Origin: an uncultured Barnesiella sp.
GTDB lineage: Bacteria; Bacteroidota; Bacteroidia; Bacteroidales; Muribaculaceae
Direction of reading: 5' to 3'
Assembly (NCBI GenBank): GCA_964544595.1
Contig: CAZJBM010000005.1
Coordinates: 1,324-65,323 of the forward strand
Length of the DNA: 64,000 bases
Each line of letters starts with the position of its first letter. Within the stretch, counting starts at the first letter, position 1. A program made the position numbers and the translations under genes. Below the pieces are notes generated by a model that was given only the letters and a program-made list of their open reading frames with translations, was not told the DNA's origin and searched no databases. Positions 27,609 through 38,482 of the stretch are shown piece by piece.

Positions 27609-29636
27609 TTAAAGCAGATTGACCGAGCGGCGGATGAAGTCGGAGAGCGACTGACCGCGAAGGAGACCGTTGCCGAGGAGAGCGAGGTCGATCACCTGCT
27701 TAACGAGAGGCTGAGCCGCGGCATAGTCGGCCACGGTCTTGTCCATACGCGAGCGAGTGTCGGCCACTTCTTTTTCGAGGGTCTCCGACTTCTTCTCAGG
27801 GTCGGCATCCTTGTCGGCACGCAATTTTGTGATTTCGCTATTCTTGGCGTCGATTTCATCGAGCATAGGCTGGACGGTAGCATCGAGAGCCGAGTCGGCA
27901 TCGGCAAGAATCTTCTTAATTACAGGCTGCTCGACATTGACGATAAGGTTGTAGCTGTCGGGAAGCTCAGCGTAGAAGCTCATGCCGGGCTGCAGAGAAG
28001 CCATCTCTTTCATACGGCGCATATACTCATTCTGAGCAATGACGACAGGGAGATCGTCGGCTGAAAGCGACTCGAACGTAACCACGAAATTAGCCTTGTC
28101 GACCGCTGGGGTCTGCGAGGAAAACACGGTAGAGAGGATGCTGCGCTGAAGCGGGGTGAGATTAGCCTCGCGGCGGTCGGTCTTGCGGATAAGGTTATCC
28201 ACGATGTCGGCGTCGACGCGGGTGAAGTGGCTCTTCTCAATCTTCTGCTCAAGCAACCCTACGAAGTGGTTATCGAGCTGACCGTCCATAAGCAGAACCG
28301 AATAGCCCTTATCGGTAGCCGACTTGATAGCGTTGTACTGCGCATCGGTGTCGGTAGCATAGAGATATACGACGGTGCCGTCTTTGTCGGTCTGCTCTGG
28401 CTCGATAAGTTTGCGATACTCCTCGAGAGTGAAATACTTGCCTTCGGTAGTCTTCACGAGGCAGAATTTCATAGCCGCGTCGCAGAATTTGGGGTCGGTA
28501 AGCATACCATACTCGATGAAGAGCTTGATGTCGTCCCACTTCTGCTCAAATTCAGAGCGGTTTTCCTTAAAGATTTCCTCAAGGCGCGAAGACACCTTCT
28601 TGGTGATGTAAGTAGAGATTTTCTTCACGGCAGAGTCGCTCTGAAGATAAGAACGGCTTACGTTAAGAGGAATGTCGGGGGAATCGATGACACCCTGAAG
28701 GAGCATCATGAATTCGGGAACGACGCCCTCAACCGAGTCGGTCACGTAAACCTGATTAGAGTAGAGCTGGATGCGATTTTTCTGCACCTCGATGTTATTC
28801 TTGATTTTCGGGAAATAAAGAATACCTGTAAGAGTGAAGGGGTAATCCACGTTGAGGTGAATCCAGAAGAGGGGGTCGTCCTGACCGGGATAGAGGGCAT
28901 GGTAGAATTTGAGGTAATCGTCGTCGGTGAGGTCGGTAGGTTTCTTAAGCCATGCCGGCTCAAGGGCATTGACGACGTTGTCTTCATCGGTATCGACGTA
29001 TTTGCCGTCTTTCCATTCCTGCTTCTTGCCGAAAACCACAGGCACGGGAAGGAAGCGGCAATATTTCTTCAATAAGCCCTCGATAGTGGAGCGTTCGAGA
29101 TACTGCTTGTTGTCGTCGTCGATATAAAGGATCACGTCGGTGCCGCGGGTTGTCTTGTCGCACTCGGTCATCTCATACTCAGGCGAGCCGTCGCAGGTCC
29201 ATTCAACCGCCTTGGCGCCCTCCTTGTAAGAGAGCGATTTGATAACGACTTTCTTAGCCACCATGAAGGCGGAGTAGAAACCGAGGCCGAAATGGCCGAT
29301 AATGGCGTTGACGTTGTCTTTATATTTCTTGAGAAACTCCTCAGCGCCTGAGAAGGCAATCTGGTTGATGTACTTGTCGATGTCGGCGGCATCCATGCCC
29401 ACGCCGTGGTCGCTCACGGTAAGCGTGCCGGCTTCGGGATCGATGCTGACGTAAACGCGCGCGTCGCCGATTTCGCCCTTGAACTCGCCGAAAGCTGAAA
29501 GCGTGCGGAGTTTCTGGGTGGCGTCGACGGCGTTGGATACAAGCTCGCGGAGGAATATTTCGTGATCGCTATAGAGAAACTTTTTGATGACGGGGAAGAT
29601 GTTCTCGGTCGTAACCCCGATTGAACCTTTTTGCAT
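27609..29636 (-). CDS. htpG: Molecular chaperone Hsp90
   Basis: YSDHEIFLRELVSNAVDA, IGHFGLGFYSAF, QLYSNQV, IPLNVSRSYLQ. Confidence 0.96.
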   Translation of the reverse strand: MQKGSIGVTTENIFPVIKKFLYSDHEIFLRELVSNAVDATQKLRTLSAFGEFKGEIGDARVYVSIDPEAGTLTVSDHGVGMDAADIDKYINQIAFSGAEEFLKKYKDNVNAIIGHFGLGFYSAFMVAKKVVIKSLSYKEGAKAVEWTCDGSPEYEMTECDKTTRGTDVILYIDDDNKQYLERSTIEGLLKKYCRFLPVPVVFGKKQEWKDGKYVDTDEDNVVNALEPAWLKKPTDLTDDDYLKFYHALYPGQDDPLFWIHLNVDYPFTLTGILYFPKIKNNIEVQKNRIQLYSNQVYVTDSVEGVVPEFMMLLQGVIDSPDIPLNVSRSYLQSDSAVKKISTYITKKVSSRLEEIFKENRSEFEQKWDDIKLFIEYGMLTDPKFCDAAMKFCLVKTTEGKYFTLEEYRKLIEPEQTDKDGTVVYLYATDTDAQYNAIKSATDKGYSVLLMDGQLDNHFVGLLEQKIEKSHFTRVDADIVDNLIRKTDRREANLTPLQRSILSTVFSSQTPAVDKANFVVTFESLSADDLPVVIAQNEYMRRMKEMASLQPGMSFYAELPDSYNLIVNVEQPVIKKILADADSALDATVQPMLDEIDAKNSEITKLRADKDADPEKKSETLEKEVADTRSRMDKTVADYAAAQPLVKQVIDLALLGNGLLRGQSLSDFIRRSVNLL

Positions 29637-29689
29637 AAGATTATATTGTTATTTAGTTTCTTTTTTTCAAATTCTATATAAATAACAAT

Positions 29690-29705
29690 TACAAAAAAAA
29701 TGCCA
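29690..29705 (-). promoter_or_regulatory. sigma54-like -24/-12 element upstream of htpG (TTGT variant)
   Basis: Minus strand TGGCATTTTTTTTGTA = GG-N10-GT. Confidence 0.4.
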
Positions 29706-29783
29706 CACCGATAAGCGTGACATTTTTCCTTAAATTATGTTAACGAATCTGACAAAAGGGCAGACCGTCGTCGCGGGCGGGGA

Positions 29784-31022
29784 TTAGTATTTCTCAAGCT
29801 GTTCGATGCGCTTGAGGTTAGAATCATCCTTCAGGTTATAGTAGATATTGCGCAGAAGGGGGAGGGTCTTAGAGGCCATGTTGTCCTCATCGAGCTGATA
29901 GGCTTTCTCGAGATAGCCCGCAGCTTCGCGGAATATGGGATAAACCTGCTCGTCGAGAGCTTTGTTGTACTCGGCAGTGGGGAGATTTGAGATCTCGTCG
30001 GAGTCGGAAAGGATGATAGCCTTGTTGTAGATCGTGCGGCCATAGTTGAAGAGGGCGTTGGCATTTTCGGGGGCAAGGTCGAGCGACTTCTTGTAGTCGG
30101 CCATAGCTTTCTCGGGCTCGTCCTTGGTGTCGTAAATGACGCCGCGCACATAGTAGAGCTGAGCGTTGTTGGGGTCGGCCTGGATATACTGTTCGAGCAT
30201 CGACATGGCTTCGTCGTACTGTTTGTTCTGGAGCTTGTCGTTGATCATGAAGCCGATATAGCGGTCATCCTCTTTGCCGAAGAGGGGGAAAGCCTGCGAG
30301 GCGTACTCGGCCATGCGGGCGTTGTCGCCTTTCTGGCTGGCGACGCTGATAGCGTAGTCGTAGACGGCTTTCTTGTCGTAGCCTTTGGCGATAGCCATGT
30401 CGAAGGCAGCGAGAGCGTCGTCGAGGCGCTCGGCCTGCCATGCGGCGAGACCCATGTTGAAGTTCATGTCGGCGATAGTGGAGTCGGCCGGAGCAGTGGG
30501 TGCGTTAGCGCCGAGGATAGGGTTGTGGGGAGCGTTGAGGTAGATATACCATGCGTCGTACGCGCCCTGATAGTCCTGCACGCCCCAGAGATATACGCCT
30601 GCGTTGGCGAAGTCCTGCGCCACATAGTGGTCTTTGATGAGCTTGATAGCGTTTTTTGAATATTTAGGCTTGATCTGGCCTTTCTCGTTGGGGAGAGAGT
30701 CCTTCTGCATAGCGGTCAAGAGGTTGTAGTAACCGTCGATCATAGCGTGGCCGGCAGCCTTGTCGTCGACCTGCTTGCCGATAGCGCGCTGGCCCTGGAG
30801 ATGATCAGAGAATTTGAACGCTGCTTCGCCGATCATGAAGTAAGGCTGAGCGAGGTCTTTGGTCTCGGGATTTTCGAAAGCGGGCTTGATAGCCGTAGCC
30901 TGGGCGGGATAATTCTCGATATTGGATTTAAGCTGACGCTCAACGTCCTTAACGAGGCTCGTTTGGGCCGACATACCGAGTACTGCGCCGCAGCAAAGGC
31001 TTAGGATAGCGATTTTTTTCAT
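29784..31022 (-). CDS. Secreted tetratricopeptide-repeat protein
   Basis: Signal peptide ending AQ; multiple TPR patterns (A..AF..AI, P.NA..YY.RG.IY, ALFNYG). Confidence 0.85.
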   Translation of the reverse strand: MKKIAILSLCCGAVLGMSAQTSLVKDVERQLKSNIENYPAQATAIKPAFENPETKDLAQPYFMIGEAAFKFSDHLQGQRAIGKQVDDKAAGHAMIDGYYNLLTAMQKDSLPNEKGQIKPKYSKNAIKLIKDHYVAQDFANAGVYLWGVQDYQGAYDAWYIYLNAPHNPILGANAPTAPADSTIADMNFNMGLAAWQAERLDDALAAFDMAIAKGYDKKAVYDYAISVASQKGDNARMAEYASQAFPLFGKEDDRYIGFMINDKLQNKQYDEAMSMLEQYIQADPNNAQLYYVRGVIYDTKDEPEKAMADYKKSLDLAPENANALFNYGRTIYNKAIILSDSDEISNLPTAEYNKALDEQVYPIFREAAGYLEKAYQLDEDNMASKTLPLLRNIYYNLKDDSNLKRIEQLEKY

Positions 31023-31199
31023 ATCTTTTGGTTTAAAGTAAGAATTCTGACTGATAGTAGGGTTTGAATACTGACTATTATAATAAATACTGACTATTAT
31101 AATATGTGTGGCAAACCGTGGTTGATGTTGAAAGTCCCCAAAGTTAAACCTTATATTTCAATAATCAAAATATATCGGTTGAATTGTAGGAAACGCGCG

Positions 31200-33812
31200 T
31201 CATTCGTTGGGTTCTTCCTCGCGGTGGGCCTCGGCGATGTCGTCGACAACGTTTTCGTTGGCCTCATCTACAGGGTTCTCCTCGATAGCGGGGAGCTCTT
31301 CGCCGCCCTGCTCTATAGCGTCGACTTCCTCTTCGGGGTCGGTCGCGACGCAGCAAACCGAAGCGATCTCGTCGTCGCGCTTGTCGAGGTTGATGATGCG
31401 CACGCCCTGAGTGGCACGACCCATTAGGCGGATGTCGGTGACGTGGAATCGGAGCGTGATGCCCGACTTGTTGATAATCACGAGGTCGTTGTCGTCGTTA
31501 ACGCTCTTGATAGCCACGAGAGTGCCTGTCTTGTCGGTGACGTTGATTGTCTTGACGCCTTTGCCGCCGCGGTTGGTGACGCGGTAAGCGTCGAGGTCGG
31601 TACGCTTGCCGTAGCCTTTCTCTGAGATCACCATGACGTTGTTGGGGGTGTTCTCCGACATGCATATCATGCCTACGACCTCATCGTCGGGGCCGTCGAG
31701 GGTCATGCCTCGCACGCCTGTCGACACGCGGCCCATCTGGCGCACTTTGGATTCGTGGAATCGGATGGCGCGTCCGTTGCGGTTGGCCATGAGTATCTCT
31801 GAATTGCCGTCGGTAAGGTCGACGTCGATTACCTGGTCGCCCTCGCGGATTACGATGGCCTTCTTGCCTTTGACGTTGATACGGGCGTACTCGGCGAGCG
31901 AAGTCTTCTTGATCACTCCGTTGCGGGTGGCGAAGACGAGGTTGTGGGAGTTGGTGTACTCAGGATCGGAGAGGTGCTTGCAGTGGATGAACGCGTTGAC
32001 CGAGTCGCCCGGCTCAATGTTGAGCAGATTCTGTATCGCGCGGCCCTTCATGCTCTTGCTGCCTTCGGGAAGCTCATAGACTTTGAGCTTGTAGACTAGG
32101 CCCTTGCGGGTGAAAAAGAGCATATCGGCGTGCATCGAGGCTGTATATATATACTCGATGAAATCCTCTTCGCGGGCCTTGGAGCCGCGGGAGCCGACAC
32201 CGCCGCGGTTCTGCGCGCGGAATTCGGAGAGGGGAGTGCGCTTGATATAGCCGAGATGAGAGATAGTGATGATCATGTCGTCGTCGGCATAGAAGTCCTC
32301 GGCGTTAAAGTCGCCGGCGGTATAGTCGATAGCGGTCATGCGCTTGTCGCCGTAAGTGTCGCGCACCTCGGCGAGCTCGTCCTTCATGAGCTGGCGGCAA
32401 ACGCCGTCGTCGTTGAGGATAAGCTCAAGGCGGGCAATAGTCTCCTCAAGCTCGCGGTAACGCTCGTTGAGCTTGTCCTGCTCAAGTCCGGTGAGCTGTT
32501 TGAGGCGCATATCGACGATAGCCTGGGTCTGCACGTCGTCGAGGCTGAAACGCTCGCCAAGACGCTGCTTGGCCTCGTCGGTCGAAGCCGAGGAGCGGAT
32601 TATGTGGATCACCTCGTCGATATTCTGGCTGGCGATGATAAGGCCCTCGATGATATGGGCCTGGCGCTGAGCCTCGGCGAGGTCGAATTTCGTGCGGCGG
32701 ATTACCACCTCATGGCGATGCTCGATGAAGGCCATCAGGAGGTCTTTGAGATTGAGCAGCTTGGGGCGGCCATGGACGAGGGCGACATTGTTGACCGAGA
32801 ACGACGCCTGGAGCTGCGACATCTTGTAGAGCTTGTTGAGGACGACGTTGGCGTTGGCGTCCTGCTTAAGGCGGATGACGATACGCATGCCCTCGATGTT
32901 GCTCTCGTCGGCGAGGTCGGCGATGCCCTCGATCTTCTTCTCGGTGACAAGCTCGGCGATGTATTTCACGAGCTCGGCTTTGTTGACACCGTAGGGGATT
33001 TCGGTCACGATAAGGGATTCGTGCTCTGCCTCCTGCTCGATCTCGACTTTGGAGCGTATCACGATACGCCCGCGGCCTGTCTCAAACGCCTCTTTGACTC
33101 CGTTGTAGCCGTAGATGATGCCTCCGGTAGGGAAGTCGGGAGCTACGATATGGTGCATCAGCTCGGGGATAGTCAGGTCGGGGTTGTCGATGAGGGCGAT
33201 CGAGGCGTTGATGGCCTCGGTCAGGTTATGAGGAGGCATATTAGTGGCCATGCCGACGGCGATACCTGCAGCGCCGTTGACCAGAAGGTTGGGGAAGAGG
33301 GTAGGGAGCACCACGGGCTCGCGCTTGGAGTTGTCGTAGTTGGGCTGGAAATCGACCGTGTCTTTATTGATGTCGGCGAGCATGTCCTCGCCTATCTTGC
33401 GCAGACGCACCTCGGTGTAACGCATAGCCGCGGGGGAGTCGCCGTCGACCGAGCCGAAGTTGCCCTGGCCGTCGACGAGGGTGTAGCGCATAGCCCATGG
33501 CTGCGCCATTCTCACTACGGTACCATAAATCGAGGAGTCGCCGTGGGGGTGGTATTTACCCATCACTTCTCCCACGCAGTTGGCTGATTTCTTATATGGG
33601 TGGTTGGAGGTGTTGCCCATCTCGTTCATGCCGAAGAGCACTCGGCGCTGCACAGGTTTGAGACCGTCGCGGGCATCGGGAAGCGCGCGGCTCACGATCA
33701 CCGACATGGAGTAGTCGATGTAAGCCGATTTCATCTCATTCTCGATGTTGATTTTGACGATACGGTCGTCAGCTTTTTCCATTTCTTCCATTTGCGAAAA
33801 TTTTATGGTCAT
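31200..33812 (-). CDS. gyrA: DNA gyrase subunit A (alternative start 33791)
   Basis: [32 protein letters not shown], GyrA-box QNRGGVG, acidic tail. Confidence 0.97.
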   Translation of the reverse strand: MTIKFSQMEEMEKADDRIVKINIENEMKSAYIDYSMSVIVSRALPDARDGLKPVQRRVLFGMNEMGNTSNHPYKKSANCVGEVMGKYHPHGDSSIYGTVVRMAQPWAMRYTLVDGQGNFGSVDGDSPAAMRYTEVRLRKIGEDMLADINKDTVDFQPNYDNSKREPVVLPTLFPNLLVNGAAGIAVGMATNMPPHNLTEAINASIALIDNPDLTIPELMHHIVAPDFPTGGIIYGYNGVKEAFETGRGRIVIRSKVEIEQEAEHESLIVTEIPYGVNKAELVKYIAELVTEKKIEGIADLADESNIEGMRIVIRLKQDANANVVLNKLYKMSQLQASFSVNNVALVHGRPKLLNLKDLLMAFIEHRHEVVIRRTKFDLAEAQRQAHIIEGLIIASQNIDEVIHIIRSSASTDEAKQRLGERFSLDDVQTQAIVDMRLKQLTGLEQDKLNERYRELEETIARLELILNDDGVCRQLMKDELAEVRDTYGDKRMTAIDYTAGDFNAEDFYADDDMIITISHLGYIKRTPLSEFRAQNRGGVGSRGSKAREEDFIEYIYTASMHADMLFFTRKGLVYKLKVYELPEGSKSMKGRAIQNLLNIEPGDSVNAFIHCKHLSDPEYTNSHNLVFATRNGVIKKTSLAEYARINVKGKKAIVIREGDQVIDVDLTDGNSEILMANRNGRAIRFHESKVRQMGRVSTGVRGMTLDGPDDEVVGMICMSENTPNNVMVISEKGYGKRTDLDAYRVTNRGGKGVKTINVTDKTGTLVAIKSVNDDNDLVIINKSGITLRFHVTDIRLMGRATQGVRIINLDKRDDEIASVCCVATDPEEEVDAIEQGGEELPAIEENPVDEANENVVDDIAEAHREEEPNE

Positions 33813-34004
33813 GGCAGCGGCTTGAGCCGCCGGGAGAGGCCATGATTTTCCACTTATATTTTAGTCTAAATATGTTTAAAAAATCGGTTAATGTATTATA
33901 TGATGTTAAATCAACATACAAAGGTAAGGATTTTTGCGGAATTTTTCGTAACTTTGAATTGCAGAAATGCAGACAACATATATAAATAACGTTAAAATGG
34001 AGTT

Positions 34005-34020
34005 TGGCACGGTTATTGCT
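34005..34020 (+). promoter_or_regulatory. sigma54 consensus -24/-12 element upstream of clpC
   Basis: TGGCACG-GTTA-TTGCT matches TGGCACG-N4-TTGCW; a primary-sigma TAACTTTG lies at 33949-33956. Confidence 0.6.
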
Positions 34021-34171
34021 GTGCCTCAAAACGGAGCGACGAGGCCCGCCAAGCCCCTCAACGCCGCCTCATAGGGGCGCGGGGGGCCGGAGCGAGAGCC
34101 TATGACAGCGGCCAACCGCAGCCGCCTTCGCCGCGCTCCATATATAAAAATGTAATCAGTAAAGCGTAAAT

Positions 34172-36730
34172 ATGGAAATAAATTTCTCTGACAAGCTCAA
34201 GACCGCGCTCGACAACAGCCGCCGCGAGGCCGCTCGCCACAACAACGCGACAGTCACCCCGGCCCACCTGCTTCTCGCGCTTATCGCCAACCCCGCCTCC
34301 CGCGCCGGGTCGATACTTGAGAAGATAGCCCGCGAAGTGTCGGTCTATCAGTTGCAACAGCAGCTCGACAGCAGCCTATTTGACTCGCAGCCCCATTCGT
34401 CGGCCGAAATCGCCATCAGCGACCTCGCCAACCGCCTTGTGCGCCTCTCGGTGTTAGAGTCGAGGATGATGCGCAGCGACGTTGTCGACGAGGAGCATCT
34501 CCTCATGGCGATATTCCACAACTCAGAGGTGCAGCAGATGGAGTTCATGAAGCCCTTCCGCGACGCCGGCATCACCTACGAGGCCATATACTACTCTCTG
34601 GCCAACAAGCCCGAGACCCCTTCGGCCGGAGCCGGATACAGCGAGGACGAGGAGGATGACGACGACGATATGCCCGGCGGGGGAGCGACCTCGTCGCAGA
34701 GCAAATACTCTTCGGGCAAAACGAAGTCGAACACCGGCGACACCCCGGCTCTCGACAAATTCGGCAACGACATGACCCGCCTCGCCGAGGAGGGGCGTCT
34801 CGACCCGGTCATAGGCCGCGACAACGAGATCGAGCGTCTCGCCCAGATACTCTCGCGCCGCAAGAAGAACAACCCGGTGCTTATCGGCGAGCCCGGCGTG
34901 GGCAAATCGGCCATCGTCGAGGGCCTGGCGCTCCGTATAGTCCAGCGCAAGGTTTCGCGCATACTCTTCGACAAGCGCGTGATCTCGCTCGACATGGCTT
35001 CGCTCGTGGCCGGAACGAAATACCGCGGCCAGTTTGAGGAGCGTCTAAAGTCGATACTCAACGAGCTTGCCAAGAACGACAACATAATCCTCTTCATCGA
35101 CGAGCTCCACACCATAGTCGGGGCGGGCAACGCAGCCGGGTCGATGGACGCGGCCAACCTTCTGAAGCCCGCTCTCGCCCGAGGCGAAATACAATGCATC
35201 GGCGCCACGACGCTCGACGAATACCGCAAGAACATCGAGAACGACGGCGCGCTCGAACGCCGCTTCCAGAAAGTGATGGTAGAGCCGACTTCGCCCGAAG
35301 AGACCCTTGAGATTCTCCGCAACGTTAAGGATAAATACGAGGCGCACCACAACGTCAACTACACCGACGAGGCCCTCAGAGCGTGCGTCAACCTTACCGA
35401 GCGCTACATCTCTGACCGCACCTTCCCCGACAAGGCCCTCGACGCCCTCGACGAAGCGGGGTCGAGAGTCCATGTCACCAACATACGGGTGCCTGAGGAA
35501 ATCGAAGCGCTTGAAAACCAGATCGTGACAGCCGGCGAATCGAAGCTCGCCGCGGTGAAAAACCAGAATTTCGAGCAGGCCGCATCGTTCCGCGACAAGG
35601 AGACGCAGCTCAAGAAGCAGCTCGAAGAGGCCAAGAAGCAATGGGAAGCGCGACTGGCCAACGAGCGCGAGACCGTCGACGACGAGAAGGTGGCCGAGGT
35701 GGTAGCGATGATGACGGGAGTGCCCGTGCAGCGCGTGGCGCAGGCCGAAGGCACCCGCCTCAAGGCGATGAACCCTCAGCTCAAATCGGCCATCATAGGC
35801 CAGGACGCGGCTATCGATAAGATCGTGAAGGCGATACAGCGCAACCGCGTAGGGCTTAAAGACCCCAATAAGCCGATAGGCACGTTCATGTTCCTCGGCC
35901 CGACCGGCGTCGGCAAGACCCACCTCGCCAAGATGCTCGCCGAATATCTCTTTGACTCGGCCGACACGCTTATACGCATCGACATGAGCGAGTACATGGA
36001 GAAATTCACCGTCAGCCGACTCGTGGGCGCGCCTCCGGGATACGTAGGCTACGAGGAGGGTGGACAGCTCACGGAGAAGGTGCGCCGACGCCCCTACTCG
36101 GTTGTGCTGCTCGACGAGATTGAGAAGGCCCACCCCGACGTGTTCAACCTCCTCCTCCAGGTGCTCGACGAGGGCCGTCTCACCGACTCGCTCGGCCGCA
36201 AGATCGACTTCAAGAACACGCTCATCATTATGACCTCCAACATCGGCACACGCCAGCTCAAGGATTTCGGCGCGGGCGTCGGCTTCAACACCCAGGGCAA
36301 GGTGAGCAAAGAGCAGAGCCACGGCGTGCTTCAAAAAGCGCTCAACAAGGCTTTCGCCCCCGAGTTCCTTAACCGTATCGACGACATAATCATGTTTGAC
36401 CCCCTCTCGAAGGAGGCTATCTACAAGATTATCGACATAGAGCTCGCGGGATTCTATAAGCGCATCGACCAGCTTGGCTACCGTCTCGACATCACCGAGC
36501 AGGCCAAGAGCTTCATCGCCGACAAGGGCTACGACCAGCAGTATGGCGCGCGCCCGCTGAAGAGAGCGATCCAAAAATATCTGGAGGACAACCTCGCCGA
36601 GATGATTATCGACGCCGACGTGAAGCCTGGCGACACTATCAGAGTGGAGCTCAACGAGGCCGGCGACGACGTGGTCTGCACCATAGTCCACCCCGAGCCT
36701 GAGCAGCAGCCTGAGCAGTCGGGCGAGTAG
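34172..36730 (+). CDS. clpC: ATP-dependent Clp protease ATP-binding subunit, ClpC type
   Basis: Clp-N repeats; [18 protein letters not shown]-like coiled coil, [28 protein letters not shown]. Confidence 0.93.
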   Translation: MEINFSDKLKTALDNSRREAARHNNATVTPAHLLLALIANPASRAGSILEKIAREVSVYQLQQQLDSSLFDSQPHSSAEIAISDLANRLVRLSVLESRMMRSDVVDEEHLLMAIFHNSEVQQMEFMKPFRDAGITYEAIYYSLANKPETPSAGAGYSEDEEDDDDDMPGGGATSSQSKYSSGKTKSNTGDTPALDKFGNDMTRLAEEGRLDPVIGRDNEIERLAQILSRRKKNNPVLIGEPGVGKSAIVEGLALRIVQRKVSRILFDKRVISLDMASLVAGTKYRGQFEERLKSILNELAKNDNIILFIDELHTIVGAGNAAGSMDAANLLKPALARGEIQCIGATTLDEYRKNIENDGALERRFQKVMVEPTSPEETLEILRNVKDKYEAHHNVNYTDEALRACVNLTERYISDRTFPDKALDALDEAGSRVHVTNIRVPEEIEALENQIVTAGESKLAAVKNQNFEQAASFRDKETQLKKQLEEAKKQWEARLANERETVDDEKVAEVVAMMTGVPVQRVAQAEGTRLKAMNPQLKSAIIGQDAAIDKIVKAIQRNRVGLKDPNKPIGTFMFLGPTGVGKTHLAKMLAEYLFDSADTLIRIDMSEYMEKFTVSRLVGAPPGYVGYEEGGQLTEKVRRRPYSVVLLDEIEKAHPDVFNLLLQVLDEGRLTDSLGRKIDFKNTLIIMTSNIGTRQLKDFGAGVGFNTQGKVSKEQSHGVLQKALNKAFAPEFLNRIDDIIMFDPLSKEAIYKIIDIELAGFYKRIDQLGYRLDITEQAKSFIADKGYDQQYGARPLKRAIQKYLEDNLAEMIIDADVKPGDTIRVELNEAGDDVVCTIVHPEPEQQPEQSGE

Positions 36731-36751
36731 CCGTAACGCTCCGCGACCGCA

Positions 36752-36832
36752 GAACACAAAGAAACAGCAACACACGCTATAACGCATTATGCATCAATGC
36801 ATTACGGCGTGTGTTGCTGTTTCTTCCGTTTC
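36752..36832. repeat. 81-bp palindromic element, copy 1
   Basis: Perfect 19-bp stem aagaaacagcaacacacgc / gcgtgtgttgctgtttctt; ends shared with copy 2. Confidence 0.8.
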
Positions 36833-38128
36833 TTAGGCTATACCGTTGATGATGCGAGAGACGGTAGTGCGGTTAGCCCCGATGCTGTCGGCGAATTTGC
36901 TGACGTTGCGGATAGGGTAGTGGCTATGAATGAGCTTAATGGCATCGCTCTTCGACAACTCCATCAGAGGAGCCTGCCTGGCCTTTATCACCGAGTAGAC
37001 TCTCATCGCGTTCCTCTCGAAGCAGAGCATAAGAGCGGCGGCGTCGGCCATAGTCTCGCCCGGAATGGTGAAAATCACGTCGAGATCAACCCCGTATGCC
37101 TCGTAGCCCCCTCCGGCGTAGCAGAGATTTGAGGCCACGTTGAATAGGTGGAGTATGCCGGCTATGCGCAGTATCTGTATCTGGCATTTCGAGTAGACCG
37201 AACGCTCGTAGTCGCATTTGGCCGCGTATTTCTTTACCTGGAGATCGTTATAGTATTCGATATAAACCTCTTTGGCTTCTTTGTCGGGAACGAGAGGGCG
37301 ATTAGTAGGGTTACTGAAGCGCGAAAACTCGCGGATATACGCCTCCCAGTGTTTTTGCAGCTCCTCGTTAGGCAAATCCTCGCTGTAAAGCCCATAACTC
37401 GGCGAGTCCTCGTAGTTGAAGAGAAACCTCTGGTTGAGGCCGTTGGCGAGAAACTTAGGGTCGCCAAACGCCTTGCTCAACAGAGCGGGCTGTATGTCGC
37501 CTATGATGTTCATAAACGGATTGCGTATATCCCAGGGATTATCGTCGCTCTTACGGTTGACGCTTATATCATCGCCGTCGTAGATACGGAGGAGCTTCGC
37601 GCTACCGTCAGATGCGCTATAACGGCTCATATCGTCGAAAAAGCCTTTTATCTCAGGGTAGTAACAGAGAATACCTTTAGGATTGTTGTGAATCACCTTA
37701 AGGCGGGCTTCCTCGGTAGAGTCACTGATAATAAGCTGATGACATACAGGTATAGGATCGTCAGGCCCTGCTTTTGCCTTCTCCATCTTGTATTGGTCGA
37801 TCATCTCTCGGTTTATATCAAACAGGGGAGCGAGCACCTTTCTTACGGGAGCCGTCTTGTTAGTGCCGCTCTTAGCCACGTTAACCATCCACAGCATCAA
37901 CGGATTATCATACTTGCCGTCATATACATGAACCTTGTTTCCTATCACCGACGATGCGGCTACCAACACAGCCGACGTCACGAAATCTCTCGGGCACTGA
38001 TACGTATAAGCAATATCGGCTATGAACTGACTTATCTTCCCCGGAAATACCTCTATAGGTAGCTCTTCAAGAAAACCGCCGCCGCAGGCAGTATCCACCT
38101 CATTAATCTTATCTTTCTCCATATTCAC
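36833..38128 (-). CDS. DUF3987 (YfjI-like) protein with C-terminal HTH, typical of integrative elements
   Basis: LPIEVFP, LWMVNVAKSGTNKT, ISDSTEEA, PKGIL, IIGDIQP, GLNQRFLF; C-terminal SKFADSIGANRTTVSRII. Confidence 0.75.
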   Translation of the reverse strand: MNMEKDKINEVDTACGGGFLEELPIEVFPGKISQFIADIAYTYQCPRDFVTSAVLVAASSVIGNKVHVYDGKYDNPLMLWMVNVAKSGTNKTAPVRKVLAPLFDINREMIDQYKMEKAKAGPDDPIPVCHQLIISDSTEEARLKVIHNNPKGILCYYPEIKGFFDDMSRYSASDGSAKLLRIYDGDDISVNRKSDDNPWDIRNPFMNIIGDIQPALLSKAFGDPKFLANGLNQRFLFNYEDSPSYGLYSEDLPNEELQKHWEAYIREFSRFSNPTNRPLVPDKEAKEVYIEYYNDLQVKKYAAKCDYERSVYSKCQIQILRIAGILHLFNVASNLCYAGGGYEAYGVDLDVIFTIPGETMADAAALMLCFERNAMRVYSVIKARQAPLMELSKSDAIKLIHSHYPIRNVSKFADSIGANRTTVSRIINGIA

Positions 38129-38274
38129 AACTTATTTTACATTATATGATTGCTTTATCAATCACACCACAAAGTTATGACCGCGGGGAGCGGAAAATGT
38201 GCGAAAAAGAAACTTTCGATTATCGGGCACACGCCAATGCGTCGGGCTTAGGCCGAGGCGAGGGCTTAACCCAT

Positions 38275-38355
38275 GAACGCAAAGAAACAGCACACATCAG
38301 TCTAAGCGACTATCAATCATCACGTTACACCGTATTGTGCTGTTTCTTTCGTTTC
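38275..38355. repeat. 81-bp palindromic element, copy 2
   Basis: 14-bp stem aaagaaacagcaca / tgtgctgtttcttt; aligns without gaps to copy 1. Confidence 0.8.
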
Positions 38356-38482
38356 CGGGGCAGAAATGTTTGGATAATTGGTTAATAATTAGTAACTTCG
38401 CGGTGCTTTTGAATAAAGCTCCCGTGTGATGGGAAATTAAGAACTACTTAATTTTGAGTAACACAATTAATCAAATTCAATC

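Noticed and set aside
32130-33587. 485-aa ORF antisense to gyrA
   Set aside because: Shadow ORF produced by strong C/G third-position bias; no recognisable motifs
35045-36787. 580-aa ORF antisense to clpC
   Set aside because: Same codon-bias shadow; fully overlaps a conserved gene
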